Counted from the first letter of the stretch, positions 19,393 to 29,558 are shown. The stretch is DNA of 64,000 nucleotides from Bacteroidota bacterium (GCA_016699695.1 CP065006.1:2494562-2558561), one strand, 5' to 3'. The notes: generated by a model from the letters alone, not told the origin. Program-made: numbers and translations.

Positions 19393-21546
19393 TTATTCCT
19401 GACTTTTTTCTTTTTCACTACGCTCAGGTTTTGGCAGGAGTACTTTTCTCGAAAGCTTGAGTTTTCCTGATTTTTCATCGATATCAATCAGTTTAACTTC
19501 TATTTCTTCCCCAACTTTTAGGGCCTCTTCGACTTTTTCGAGACGTTTCCATTCAATCTCGCTAATATGCAGTAGTCCGTCTTTGTTCGGCAGAATTTCC
19601 ACAAAGGCTCCAAAAGCCACTATTGACTTAACTTTACCGATGTATACTTTACCAATTTCCGGAACTTCCACAATACCTTTTATCATACGCATGGCAGTAT
19701 TGATGCTTTCGCGGTCTTTGGCAAAAACATCCACAACACCTCCAACTCCTTCCACTTCTTCAATCACCACTGTAGCTCCAGATTTTGCCTGGATGTCCTG
19801 AATAATCTTACCTCCAGGTCCGATTACAGCACCAATCATTTCTTTGGGAATGATAATTTTTTCAATGCGTGGTGCATGTGGTTTAAGGTCGGCACGCGGT
19901 TCGGTAAGGGTTTCCATAATTTTACCCATAATATGTAACCGACCTTGTCTTGCCTGCTCGAGGGCTTTGGCTAAAACTTCGTAAGAGAGGCCATCCACTT
20001 TAATATCCATTTGGGTGGCTGTGATGCCATCGACTGTTCCTGTTACTTTAAAGTCCATATCACCCAGGTGATCCTCGTCGCCTAAAATATCAGAAAGCAC
20101 GGCATAACGACTTGCGCCTGTATCGGTAATAAGGCCCATGGCAATTCCGGCTACAGGTTTTTTAATCTGAATGCCTGCATCCATCAGCGCAAGGGTGCCG
20201 GCGCAAACAGTAGCCATAGAAGAAGATCCGTTCGATTCGAGGATATCCGATACCACACGAATAGCATAACGGGAATCGTCCGGTATCATGCGTTTTAAAG
20301 CTCTGTGCGCCAGGTTTCCATGTCCCACTTCGCGGCGGCTTAAGCCCCTTGAGGCACGTGCATCTCCTGTGGAAAATGGAGGGAAGTTATAGTGCAGTAC
20401 AAATTTCTCGGTTCCTTTGGTCAATACCTGGTCGATCATTTTTTCGTCCATCCTGGTACCCAGTGTTACGGTAGTAAGCGATTGGGTTTCGCCACGGGTA
20501 AAAACGGCCGAACCATGTGCAGCAGGCAGGTAGTCTACTTCGCTCCAGATGGGACGTATTTCGTCTGTTTTCCGTCCATCGATGCGTATTTTTTCGTCCA
20601 GAATCAAATTGCGCATGGCTTTTTTCTCTACATCGTGGAAATACCGGTTGATCAGGGATTTATTGGCGGCAACACCCTCGGCAAGTGAGGCATTATATTC
20701 TTCTACAAATTGTGCTTTTATGGCATCGATTTTATCGTGGCGTTCATGTTTGCCCGGTGTGTTTTTTACAGCCTCGTAAACTGGCTTGTAAAGTTTTTCG
20801 TTCATCAGACTGCGAAGTTCTTCGTCGTTTACTTCGTGCGAATATGTCCGTTTTACTGTTTTTCCTACCTCGGCCATCAGTTCAAGTTGGGCCTGGCAAT
20901 GTTTTTTAATTTCAGTATGTGCAAATTTCAATGCTTCCAGCATATCTGCTTCCGATACTTCGCTCATTTCGCCTTCTACCATCATAATGTTGTCAATGGT
21001 GGCACCTACCATAATGTCGAGATCGGCTTTTTGTAATTCTGTGAATGTAGGATTGATAATGAGTTTTCCGTTTACCCTGCCAACACGTACTTCGGAAATT
21101 GGTCCGTTAAAAGGAATATCTGAAACTGCAAGGGCGGCAGATGCTGCAAGACCGGCAAGCGCATCGGGTATAATGTCGGCTTCGGCTGAAATGAGTTGAA
21201 CTGTAACAAAAGTTTCAGCATGAAAATCATCGGGGAAAAGAGGACGAAGCACACGGTCGACCAAACGCGAAACAAGAATTTCATAATCACCTGAGCGGCC
21301 TTCTCTTTTCATAAATCCACCAGGGAAACGCCCCGCAGCAGCATATTTTTCTTGATATTCTACAGAAAGGGGCATAAAGTCCACATCTTCTTTGGCTTCT
21401 TTGGCGCAGGTTACAGTAGCTAAAAGCATGGTTTGTCCCATCTTTACCACCACAGCTCCGTCTGCTTGTTTGGCCAGTTTCCCGGTTTCTATTTCAATTG
21501 TTCTACCATCTTCCAGGTCGATTTTTTTTACTGACAATTTGTACAT
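19393..21546 (-). CDS. pnp: Polyribonucleotide nucleotidyltransferase (PNPase)
   Basis: 717 aa with two RNase PH domains, KH, and S1 ([15 protein letters not shown]). Confidence 0.97.
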   Translation of the reverse strand: MYKLSVKKIDLEDGRTIEIETGKLAKQADGAVVVKMGQTMLLATVTCAKEAKEDVDFMPLSVEYQEKYAAAGRFPGGFMKREGRSGDYEILVSRLVDRVLRPLFPDDFHAETFVTVQLISAEADIIPDALAGLAASAALAVSDIPFNGPISEVRVGRVNGKLIINPTFTELQKADLDIMVGATIDNIMMVEGEMSEVSEADMLEALKFAHTEIKKHCQAQLELMAEVGKTVKRTYSHEVNDEELRSLMNEKLYKPVYEAVKNTPGKHERHDKIDAIKAQFVEEYNASLAEGVAANKSLINRYFHDVEKKAMRNLILDEKIRIDGRKTDEIRPIWSEVDYLPAAHGSAVFTRGETQSLTTVTLGTRMDEKMIDQVLTKGTEKFVLHYNFPPFSTGDARASRGLSRREVGHGNLAHRALKRMIPDDSRYAIRVVSDILESNGSSSMATVCAGTLALMDAGIQIKKPVAGIAMGLITDTGASRYAVLSDILGDEDHLGDMDFKVTGTVDGITATQMDIKVDGLSYEVLAKALEQARQGRLHIMGKIMETLTEPRADLKPHAPRIEKIIIPKEMIGAVIGPGGKIIQDIQAKSGATVVIEEVEGVGGVVDVFAKDRESINTAMRMIKGIVEVPEIGKVYIGKVKSIVAFGAFVEILPNKDGLLHISEIEWKRLEKVEEALKVGEEIEVKLIDIDEKSGKLKLSRKVLLPKPERSEKEKSQE

Positions 21547-21619
21547 CTTTACTATTGTTTTTATATGTTGTGAAGGGATTAAAGTTATTTATTTTTTTTA
21601 TTCCCCTTTTTGTTAAATG

Positions 21620-21657
21620 AAAAAAGGCAATTGACTGTCAATTGCCTTTTGTTTTTT
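21620..21657 (-). terminator. rpsO-pnp intergenic hairpin (terminator/attenuator)
   Basis: 10-bp perfect palindrome ggcaattgac/gtcaattgcc flanked by A6 (T6 on the minus strand) and T-rich sequence. It lies between the rpsO stop and the pnp start. Confidence 0.7.
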
Positions 21658-21925
21658 ACCGACGCAAATTAAGGTCTTTAATGATTGCCCGATACCTTTC
21701 GATATCGTTATGTTTTAAATAATCTAGTAATCTCCTGCGCTTACCAACCAACTTTAAAAGGGCACGCTGCGTGCTGAAGTCTTTTTTATTTAGCTTCAGG
21801 TGCTCTGTCAAGTGATTGATACGGTAGGAAAATAAGGCAATCTGGCTTTCGGGTGATCCAGTGTCTTCATTAGACTTTCCGTACTGACCGAAAATTTCGG
21901 TTTTCTTTACAGCTGTTAAATACAT
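21656..21925 (-). CDS. rpsO: 30S ribosomal protein S15
   Basis: 89 aa, [48 protein letters not shown]. Confidence 0.97.
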   Translation of the reverse strand: MYLTAVKKTEIFGQYGKSNEDTGSPESQIALFSYRINHLTEHLKLNKKDFSTQRALLKLVGKRRRLLDYLKHNDIERYRAIIKDLNLRR

Positions 21926-21965
21926 AAAAATTAGTTTAATTCACTACGCAACTTTTGCGAGCCTG

Positions 21966-21995
21966 CAAAGATAGGTATTTTTTATTACGAGGCAA
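21966..21995 (-). promoter_or_regulatory. Bacteroidota-type promoter for rpsO (TTG-N19-TATCTTTG)
   Basis: The minus strand reads TTG (21995..21993), a 19-nt spacer, then TATCTTTG (21973..21966). This matches the TTG / TAnnTTTG consensus and sits 41 nt upstream of the ATG. Confidence 0.6.
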
Positions 21996-22112
21996 CAAGT
22001 GCCTTTCAAAAAAAACGGAAGCTTCGAATCAATTCTTTTCTGCCTCGGAATATTTTAAGTTAAACTGCTATTTTTCTTAATATTTAATTAAAGACTAGGA
22101 TGATAACACCAT

Positions 22113-23393
22113 TTAGTTAGTCTGAAAAGATTGAAGTAAAATACTGTTTCCGACCTGGCAATACAAGCATTTTCTCTCGGTACAGTATTTTTTGCTTAGT
22201 TGAATCAGTGCCTGACTTTGTGCTGCGTTTGCTGCATGTATCTGAAGCTTTTCCCAGTGTTTGGTAACAGCGTTTTTTTCGGCCGGCAGGGTCTCCAGTA
22301 GTTCGAGGCTGCGCTGGCATAGTACAGGCCTTGCGGTTTCTTTGCCATAGACAAACAGAAAAGGAATGAAGGCATTTATGAGTAGAATATTGGAACTTTC
22401 TGTACTAATCGATTTGGTGGACGATTTGCCCTCTTTGCCAAAGGTGTAATGGTTTTTCCAATATTCGCTAACCGGATATTGGAAAATTTTCTGCAGATTT
22501 TGAAGCTTGTCACAGTCGGTTAAACTGGAAACAAGATGATCTGTGTGATGAAGAAAAGTGGCAAATTGTGCCAGCCGGATGGTTGGGAAATTTCCTGGCC
22601 TTAACCGCATAAAGCGCCATAAATGTTTATCTATGCTTTTTAGTCCATGAAGTTTTTGAAGGTATTGGTATTCAGCAGTAAGCTTCTGCATATAAGTATC
22701 TGCTGGTTTTTCATGCAGAAATCCGGCTTGACCATAAAGCAGGGCTTCGAGCTGGAAAAGATTCTCGTAATATTTGCTGACGAGTTGATAAGGTGTTAGC
22801 CTGGCCAGCATCTCGAAGGGCAATGAGTTGGTGTTGAACCCAAAACTTCTGGCAATCATTTGATAAAGACAATCTTCCCAGTTTTGTTGATTTTGGCTTA
22901 ATAGCGAGTAGACGAATTCTGATTTTTCTTCGAGCCGTTCGATGCACATGCGGTCAAGCCACATTTTCCATTCGATTGGGGCAGCAATATGCTGTTTGCC
23001 GCTGCAAGGAATTTTACCCGAGGCTGACATTAAATTTTTAAAGCTGTCTTCCAGATTTTTTGGTACAGGCAGAATAAAGGTAGGTATGATTTCTCCCCGT
23101 GTGTTGCTTGCATTGGCGTTGTGGTTTGCAACTACATGGAGTACAACGTTGTCGTAAGCTTTATTTTTATGGTGCCCATGCTTGGTCCATTGTGTCGAGT
23201 CGCAATGAATTTCTATGTTTCCTGCCCATATAATGTTGTTGAGCTTAATGCGGGCATTCAGAAAATCGGGTCCGGCATCGGTATTGTGTGTGCCAGGAGT
23301 AATGATTTCGAGTGCTTGGTTCTGAACGGTTCGCAGATCTTCCTGAAGAAAAAGCTGGTTTTTCCATAAATGATGAAGGAATTCCTCGTGCAT
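22113..23393 (-). CDS. DUF2851 family protein
   Basis: ORF 22113..23510. ATG at 23393 gives MHEEFLHHLWKNQLF...GPDFLNARIKL...GNIEIHCDSTQWTKHGHH, the typical DUF2851 N-terminus. The family name is recalled, not searched. Confidence 0.65.
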   Translation of the reverse strand: MHEEFLHHLWKNQLFLQEDLRTVQNQALEIITPGTHNTDAGPDFLNARIKLNNIIWAGNIEIHCDSTQWTKHGHHKNKAYDNVVLHVVANHNANASNTRGEIIPTFILPVPKNLEDSFKNLMSASGKIPCSGKQHIAAPIEWKMWLDRMCIERLEEKSEFVYSLLSQNQQNWEDCLYQMIARSFGFNTNSLPFEMLARLTPYQLVSKYYENLFQLEALLYGQAGFLHEKPADTYMQKLTAEYQYLQKLHGLKSIDKHLWRFMRLRPGNFPTIRLAQFATFLHHTDHLVSSLTDCDKLQNLQKIFQYPVSEYWKNHYTFGKEGKSSTKSISTESSNILLINAFIPFLFVYGKETARPVLCQRSLELLETLPAEKNAVTKHWEKLQIHAANAAQSQALIQLSKKYCTERKCLYCQVGNSILLQSFQTN

Positions 23394-23564
23394 GGTGTTT
23401 GGTTTAGAATAAGGTATTGGTATCCTTGACCAACCGACAGGTATGGGACCCCAAAATTGCCTGATGTTTAATAAATAATTTATACAGTCATAACGTAAAG
23501 CAATGAGCAATTGACTTATATTGCTGTTGGTTATTTAGAACGACTTTTTGGAATGAGACTTTTT

Positions 23565-23573
23565 ACAAAACAA
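23565..23573. repeat. Left copy of the 9-bp target-site duplication (aaacaatat)
   Basis: Identical 9-mer directly abutting both IS termini (23565..23573 and 24887..24895). Confidence 0.75.
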
Positions 23574-24886
23574 TATCATTAGTGGGCACTTAAAACCCAC
23601 TGATTTTTAATTGTTTAACTTGAAGTTCTTTGACATATTTGTAATCGCATTTTGTAAGTATCTCTCTTACAGGCGTTTTATCGAGTAGAGAAATGCTGAA
23701 TATTTGTAATATTTCGTAGATTGGACGGTCAACTTTCAGTTTGTTTCCAATTATGGCGACTAAACAGTAAGCAATGATCCCACAATATATTTGGATCTTA
23801 ACAGCATTCATTGAATTTCCCCAAAAGGATTTAATCTTTAAGTGTTGTTTCATCCATTTGAAAAATAGTTCAACTTCCCAGCGTTTCTTATACAACATGG
23901 CGATCTCTTTGGCTTCTAACTCGGTATTATTGGTTAAGAAAACAAGTTCATTTTTACTTTCCTGATCATAATACTTTATTCTGCGAAGTTTATCGGGATA
24001 TTCCTTTTTCGAATAGTGTGTTTCTAGCTTTCCAACCTGATCATATTGTACTCCTTTTGTTTTGTCAACAACTCTGGAATATAGTCGCCTAAAACGCATA
24101 TTTTCTTTGGCTCTTGTTACAAAATATGCGCCTTGAGAATGCAATCTATGCAAACGACGGAAGTCAATATATGCTTTATCAACCACATAAAAACTTCCAG
24201 CTTCAAATTGGATGAGATCAAGTATATTGACATCATGGACACTTGCTTTGGTGATATGTAAAAAGCTTGGGATGGATGTCTTCACATCATATAAGGTGTG
24301 AAGTTTTATGCCTCCCTTTGCCTTTCGGAACTCAGCCCACCAAAAAACACTCAAACATAGATCAATAGTTGTGGAATCTAATGCATAAACGTTACCGTCT
24401 ACCTTGACTTCGAAATCGGTTTTGTAGCAACTCCTTCTGGCCTGCTCAATTAAAACGTAAGCAAACTCTTCAAATATTCTATAACTGCGTTTTGCATTTG
24501 AAGTGCCTAGATTTCGTCGGGATACTGAAGGCCCAAATCCAAGGTGATAATATTTGGGTTGATGTGCTTCCAAACTAAGCATTAGATCACGCATACTGTC
24601 TCTTGAAGTTAGCTGTCCAAAGACCATGCAAAGCATCTGATTCCAACAAGTGAATGTTCTAACATACTTATTCCCTTCATGATTTTGAACAATCCGATCA
24701 AAAACCCTGCGGGGTAAAAAATCTGTAAGTTGTGCGAAGATAATTTACCTTGATTCATAGAATTTGCTTGTTTTGAAGCAAATATCTAACTATTCAATTC
24801 AAATCGTCACGCTATCAAAAAACGCTACAACTGCGATGTACAAAGAATTTCAAAGAACGTAACTTAATTTATAATGCCCACTAGTG
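23574..24886 (-). mobile_element. IS4-family insertion sequence, 1313 bp
   Basis: Terminal inverted repeats cattagtgggca (23574..23585) and tgcccactagtg (24875..24886) match 11/12. The element is flanked by the 9-bp direct repeat aaacaatat. It has a single DDE transposase gene with the Y(2)R(3)E(6)K signature. Confidence 0.85.
23590..24758 (-). pseudogene. IS4-family DDE transposase (DUF4372-like N-terminus), frameshifted after codon 5
   Basis: The ORF-track piece is 23590..24636. The same frame stays open upstream to 24744 (IIFAQLTDFLPRRVFDRIVQNHEGNKYVRTFTCWNQ). The only plausible ATG (24758, MNQGK) is in another frame, and the two frames meet at GGTAAATT. DDE context VYALDSTTIDL, FYVVDKAYIDF, YKKRWEVELFFKWMK. 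Confidence 0.7.
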
Positions 24887-24895
24887 AAACAATAT
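24887..24895. repeat. Right copy of the 9-bp target-site duplication (aaacaatat)
   Basis: See the left copy. Confidence 0.75.
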
Positions 24896-24986
24896 TAGTT
24901 GTAAATTAGAATATTTTCTTCACAGATAGCGTTTTAAGTAAGCAATATTTGCAATATTTTTTAACCACAATTCTAAACCACAAACT

Positions 24987-26663
24987 ATGGCATCTCTAGC
25001 TGAGTTTACAAACCAGTTGGGTTCTGCAATGGCTGCGCATTTGCTTCGGCGTAGTACTTTCGGCCCTACGGTTGATCAAATCAACACTTTTTCTGGCCTT
25101 ACTCCGGCTCAGGCGGTCGATCTGCTTTTTCCGGCCAACCCCGATTTGGTCCCAGTTCCTCTTCCACCTATCGATCCTGCCACAGGTAGCTCATGGGTTA
25201 ATCCGCCTGCTTACCCGAAGGCAATTGCCGATGTGAATAGCGAACAGGATACCTTAATAAATTACTTCCGTGCCTGGCACAGCGATGTAATGATAAAATC
25301 AGAATTAAATGTGGTGGAACGCATAACCTGGTTCTACCATACACACTTACCGGTAGCATGGACTGAAGTGAACTCAAGCGAGGCTATTTATTACCAGAAT
25401 GCTGTGTTCAGGTACTATGCTCTTCGAAGTTTTAAGGAACTTTTTAAGAAAATCTGTATCGACAATGCCATGCTGAAATACCTCGATGGGTATACCAACC
25501 ACCGCAACAGTCCAAACGAAAACTTTGCCCGCGAAATGCTTGAGCTATACAGCATTGGCAAAGGTCCCCAGCTTGAAGAAGGAAATTATACCAATTATAC
25601 CGAGCTTGATATCAGAGAAGCAACCAAAGTACTTACTGGTTGGTTGTTCGATGATACTTTTACTACCCTCGATGCCGACCATAGCTGGCCAAGCGGTAAA
25701 TTACAAAGTGTCGGAAATCAGGCTACCGCCCACGATTTTTCTCCAAAAACCTTTAGTGCTGCATTCAGCAACCAAAGCATTCAACCTGCAGAGTTGGATG
25801 GTGGATATGCTACCCTCGCTGCTGCCCGCCAGGAGCTGAGCGACATGATAGATATGATTTTTGATGAAATAGAAACAGCCCGGTTTATTGTACGCAAACT
25901 CTACCGGTTTTTTGTGTACCATTTTATATCCGAAGAGGTCGAGAACGATATTATTGTACCGCTTGCCAATACCCTTTCTGCCAACAATTACGAGATACAG
26001 GCTGTGCTAAAGCAATTATTCAAGAGCCAGCATTTTTACGATGCCGACGATGCGCTTACCTCCAACAACAACATAGGTGGGGTGATTAAGTCGCCGGTAG
26101 ATTTATGTGTAGGGCTTCTGCGTTTTTTTGAAACTGTGCTGCCCGACCGAGATACACAAACTACAGCTTTTTACAACGACTTTATAAACGGCATTCTTCC
26201 GCGATTTGTGGAGCAGGGGCTGAATTTTTACGAACCCTTTGAGGTTGCTGGTTTTCCGGCTTTTCATCAAATGCCGGGGTTTGGCCGGAATTGGGTGATG
26301 CCAACCGAACTTGCCAGACGCTATCAGGTAGGTGAAGTGTTTATGAAACGCATTGGAGGTACTGAGGGCTTTAGCTTTCGCATGGATGTATTTGGTTGGG
26401 TTGAAAATTCGGGACATATCTCAGACCCGGGCGATGCAAATGAGCTGGTGACTTTTTTCACTACTCACTTGCTGGCTGTCCAAATCAATACCGAGCGGTA
26501 CGAATACTTCCTGAACACCGTATTTCTTGATACCCTTACTGCTGCCTCATGGAGAAACGAATGGGGAGTCTACAAAGGTGGTGGCAGTGATACGGTGGTG
26601 CGGGAACGCATCGAATACCTGGTTTCTAAATTAATTCAAACACCCGAATTTCAACTCCTATAG
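24987..26663 (+). CDS. DUF1800 domain-containing protein
   Basis: 558 aa. N-terminal AAHLLRRSTFGP motif typical of DUF1800. Immediately followed (3-nt gap) by a DUF1501 gene, the usual pairing. No signal peptide seen. Confidence 0.7.
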   Translation: MASLAEFTNQLGSAMAAHLLRRSTFGPTVDQINTFSGLTPAQAVDLLFPANPDLVPVPLPPIDPATGSSWVNPPAYPKAIADVNSEQDTLINYFRAWHSDVMIKSELNVVERITWFYHTHLPVAWTEVNSSEAIYYQNAVFRYYALRSFKELFKKICIDNAMLKYLDGYTNHRNSPNENFAREMLELYSIGKGPQLEEGNYTNYTELDIREATKVLTGWLFDDTFTTLDADHSWPSGKLQSVGNQATAHDFSPKTFSAAFSNQSIQPAELDGGYATLAAARQELSDMIDMIFDEIETARFIVRKLYRFFVYHFISEEVENDIIVPLANTLSANNYEIQAVLKQLFKSQHFYDADDALTSNNNIGGVIKSPVDLCVGLLRFFETVLPDRDTQTTAFYNDFINGILPRFVEQGLNFYEPFEVAGFPAFHQMPGFGRNWVMPTELARRYQVGEVFMKRIGGTEGFSFRMDVFGWVENSGHISDPGDANELVTFFTTHLLAVQINTERYEYFLNTVFLDTLTAASWRNEWGVYKGGGSDTVVRERIEYLVSKLIQTPEFQLL

Positions 26664-26666
26664 ATT

Positions 26667-28310
26667 ATGAAAAGAAGAGATTTTATACGACGTCTTTCCT
26701 ATACTAGCGCAGGCGCCATGGTATTAGGTGGTGTGCCGGTCAACGCAATGAAAGGAAATGGACTTTTCCAGCTGGCAGCCGCCTCGGCGAACAGCGATAA
26801 GGTGCTTATTTTTATTCAACTTCACGGCGGAAACGATGCCCTGAATACGCTCATTCCGGTGGCTCAATACGACCGGTATTACGAATTACGGCCCAACCTG
26901 GCTATTTTGCAATCGGGCGACAGAGGTTACAAAGAACTCGATTCAAGCCTGGGCGATGAATACCGAGTAGGGGCACACCCCGAAATGATTGCCCTGAAAG
27001 AAATGTACGATGAGGGGAAGGTTGCCCTGGTGCAAAATGTGGGTTATCCCGAAATGAACCTTTCTCATTTCCGTGGTACCGACATTGTTTTTATGGGTGG
27101 AGATGCTCAAAGCGATTACGAATCGGGTTGGATGGGTCGCTACCTCGAGTATACCTATCCGGGTTATCCAGATGCTTATCCAAACAGCACTATGCCTGAC
27201 CCTCTCGGCATAGAATTAAGCGGGGCTCAATCGCTTGCCTTTCATACCGAAACAGGAATTCCTAACGGATTAAGCTTTTATAGTCCCGAAGGTTTTTATG
27301 AATTGATAAACAGCGTAGGAAACTATACCACCCAACCCCCCATTGTTTACCCCGACAGCCATGCAGGCGATGAGCTGCGATACATTATGGAGTTTGAGGC
27401 TAAAAACAATCAGTATGCACCCAGGTTAAAGGCTGTTTACGAAGCTGGTACAAACTCCTCTACAGTATATCCCGATGCATACCCCCGTTATGCACCAAAA
27501 GCTTATATCAACAACCAGCTGGCACCTCAATTAAGGTTAATTGCCCGACTGCTTAGCGGAGGAATTAAAACAAAGATTTTCCTGGTGCGTATTGGTGGTT
27601 TCGATACGCATGGTGAACAGGTAGTGGCCGGTGAGCCTTCATTGGGTATGCATGCAGCATTGCTTTATCACCTTTCCGAAGGGGTTAAAGCATTTTTTAA
27701 CGACCTGAAGGCACTGAACCTGGATCATAAGGTGATGGCGATGACCTTTACAGAATTTGGCCGACGTGCTTATTCCAACAACAGTTATGGCACAGACCAT
27801 GGTACCTCTACTCCGGTAATTTTATTTGGAACTGGACTGAATGCAGGCGTTCATGGGGTGAACCCAGATTTGAACGACTTGGAAAATGGCAACCTCAAAT
27901 ACAATATCGATTACCGACAGATTTATACTTCGGTGGTTCAGGATTGGCTGGGCGCAAGCGATGAGGCCTTGATAGCTACAGGTTTCGACGAATGGGTTGG
28001 CAATAAAATCGACCTGATTGGCACAACCAACACCAGGGATCTGATGGGTTCAGCAGATAGAAGTCAGCTGAAGGTATTTCCCAATCCGGTAAAGAGCTTA
28101 TTTACGGCCGAATTTTATCTTACTGGTCCGGGTTTGTACCAGGTAATTTTTTTTAACCTCGAAGGCAAACAGGTATTTACTCAACAAGGTAACGGTCTTT
28201 ATGGCACCAATAAATTCGAAATGAATGCTTCGGGCCTCGATGCAGGCAAATACATTGCTCAGGTAAGGGCAGGAAAGAAAGTGTTTGTGTCGGCATTTAT
28301 TAAGCAGTAA
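26667..28310 (+). CDS. DUF1501 (sulfatase/alkaline-phosphatase-like) protein with a Tat signal and a T9SS C-terminal sorting domain
   Basis: 547 aa. MKRRDFIRRLSYTSAGAMVLGG is a twin-arginine signal. FDTHG and GTDHGT motifs present. The last ~80 aa (LKVFPNPVKSLFTAEFYL...LDAGKYIAQVRAGKKVFVSAFIKQ) look like a type A T9SS sorting domain. Confidence 0.75.
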   Translation: MKRRDFIRRLSYTSAGAMVLGGVPVNAMKGNGLFQLAAASANSDKVLIFIQLHGGNDALNTLIPVAQYDRYYELRPNLAILQSGDRGYKELDSSLGDEYRVGAHPEMIALKEMYDEGKVALVQNVGYPEMNLSHFRGTDIVFMGGDAQSDYESGWMGRYLEYTYPGYPDAYPNSTMPDPLGIELSGAQSLAFHTETGIPNGLSFYSPEGFYELINSVGNYTTQPPIVYPDSHAGDELRYIMEFEAKNNQYAPRLKAVYEAGTNSSTVYPDAYPRYAPKAYINNQLAPQLRLIARLLSGGIKTKIFLVRIGGFDTHGEQVVAGEPSLGMHAALLYHLSEGVKAFFNDLKALNLDHKVMAMTFTEFGRRAYSNNSYGTDHGTSTPVILFGTGLNAGVHGVNPDLNDLENGNLKYNIDYRQIYTSVVQDWLGASDEALIATGFDEWVGNKIDLIGTTNTRDLMGSADRSQLKVFPNPVKSLFTAEFYLTGPGLYQVIFFNLEGKQVFTQQGNGLYGTNKFEMNASGLDAGKYIAQVRAGKKVFVSAFIKQ

Positions 28311-28322
28311 CGAGAGTACCAT

Positions 28323-28361
28323 AAAAAAAGCGGGAGGTCACACATGATCTCCCGTTTTTTT
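28323..28361. terminator. Bidirectional rho-independent terminator
   Basis: cgggag...ctcccg hairpin flanked by A7 and T8, between convergent genes. Confidence 0.8.
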
Positions 28362-28374
28362 ATGCTGTAAAGTG

Positions 28375-29556
28375 TTAAAAATCGCGTTTTGGAATTTTTA
28401 TCAAAACCGGTCTCAGGTATCGGCCGGTAACAAAATGGTGAGCTAAGAGTATGATACCTTCATCCGAGGGGTCTTGTATGATAGCTCTTACTTCTATATT
28501 GTAGGCAAAACTCACCTCTACTTCTTTGAGTAGTTCATCGTTTTCAAGGCTATACTTAAAAATAACAATGGAGTTGGAGTTGGTGGTACTGGCAAAAAGC
28601 AGGTAGTCGGTATTGTCAAAGGTAGCCCGAATTGCTTCGACTTTGGCATCGGGTACAATTTCCGGTATTGGATTTTGAGTGGAATCGTTAAAGTTTTGCA
28701 AAGAGGTTACATCCACCTCCACTGTGGAATTGAGGTAATTCTTCCGGTTAAAATAGCGGGTCATACCATATAAATTGCCTTCTTTATGGAGCAGGGAGCT
28801 TACAGCATTCTCAATTTGGTGGGAATAAATCCAACCTCCAGTAGAATTTCCGTCGGATGTAAAAAAGCGCACACCAAGGGTGTAGTTTGATAAACAGTTC
28901 ACAAAAAAACCACTAAGGCTTTCGTTTTGCCAATCGCCAAAGAAGAAAGGGAATTGGGTATCTGCTTTGTTCAGATGTTTTTGAACAGGAACAACCAGGT
29001 CGTCGCCAACAAAAAGGTTCACGGAATTCAGTAAAGTAAAGGAAGGTGAAAAAAGAGAAATTACGGAGCTCCACGAGACATAATCGTAACTAAGTATAGC
29101 CAGGTTCCCATCGCTGTTGACAAAAGCAGCCAAAGGCATTTTGAGGTTCAGCGCCTGGCTGGACAGGCTACCGTTTTCGATATTTACTTCCACAAAATAA
29201 GCATCTTCGGAGGCGTTCATTGCCACAAAACCTGTGGCACCATTAAATGTAAGCAGGTTCGAAACCGGAGCTCTCCATTCAGATTCATTGCTCCAGCTAA
29301 CTTCACCCAGGCTATTTGTTCTGATAAGCGATGTGGTGGGATATTCGTTCAGATTGTCGTTGTAGTTTTTTATTCCCGACAGGATTAAATAACCATCGGC
29401 AAGCTGGAGCACACTTTCGGCATAAAAAGCCAGATTTTCGTCGGGATGGTTGTATATTTTGACAAAATTGTCGGTTGGGCTTATATCTTTCTGGTTTAAT
29501 TCGCAGGAAGAAAGTGTTCCTGCCAATAGAATAAGGGAAAATATATGTGTTTTCAT
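28375..29556 (-). CDS. Lipoprotein, function unknown (probable beta-rich fold)
   Basis: ORF 28375..29616. ATG at 29556 gives MKTHIFSLILLAGTLSSC (lipobox) and sits 2 nt after the upstream gene's stop. Confidence 0.7.
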   Translation of the reverse strand: MKTHIFSLILLAGTLSSCELNQKDISPTDNFVKIYNHPDENLAFYAESVLQLADGYLILSGIKNYNDNLNEYPTTSLIRTNSLGEVSWSNESEWRAPVSNLLTFNGATGFVAMNASEDAYFVEVNIENGSLSSQALNLKMPLAAFVNSDGNLAILSYDYVSWSSVISLFSPSFTLLNSVNLFVGDDLVVPVQKHLNKADTQFPFFFGDWQNESLSGFFVNCLSNYTLGVRFFTSDGNSTGGWIYSHQIENAVSSLLHKEGNLYGMTRYFNRKNYLNSTVEVDVTSLQNFNDSTQNPIPEIVPDAKVEAIRATFDNTDYLLFASTTNSNSIVIFKYSLENDELLKEVEVSFAYNIEVRAIIQDPSDEGIILLAHHFVTGRYLRPVLIKIPKRDF

Positions 29557-29558
29557 TC

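Noticed and set aside
23394-23510. 5' extensions of ORF-track models: 23394..23510, 32511..32573, 62793..62987, 45425..45490, 29557..29616, 10724..10774, 12912..12941 and 1119..1145
   Set aside because: In each case an internal ATG gives the canonical family N-terminus or a signal peptide or lipobox, removes overlaps with neighbours, or, for glnN, places a TAnnTTTG box upstream of the start. The extensions have no conserved character.
24741-24758. Programmed -1 ribosomal frameshift in the IS transposase
   Set aside because: The junction GGTAAATT is not a canonical slippery heptamer. It lies only 5 codons from the start, so no two-domain OrfA/OrfAB logic applies, and no downstream stimulatory structure was seen. 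A 1-nt indel or a sequencing error is more parsimonious.
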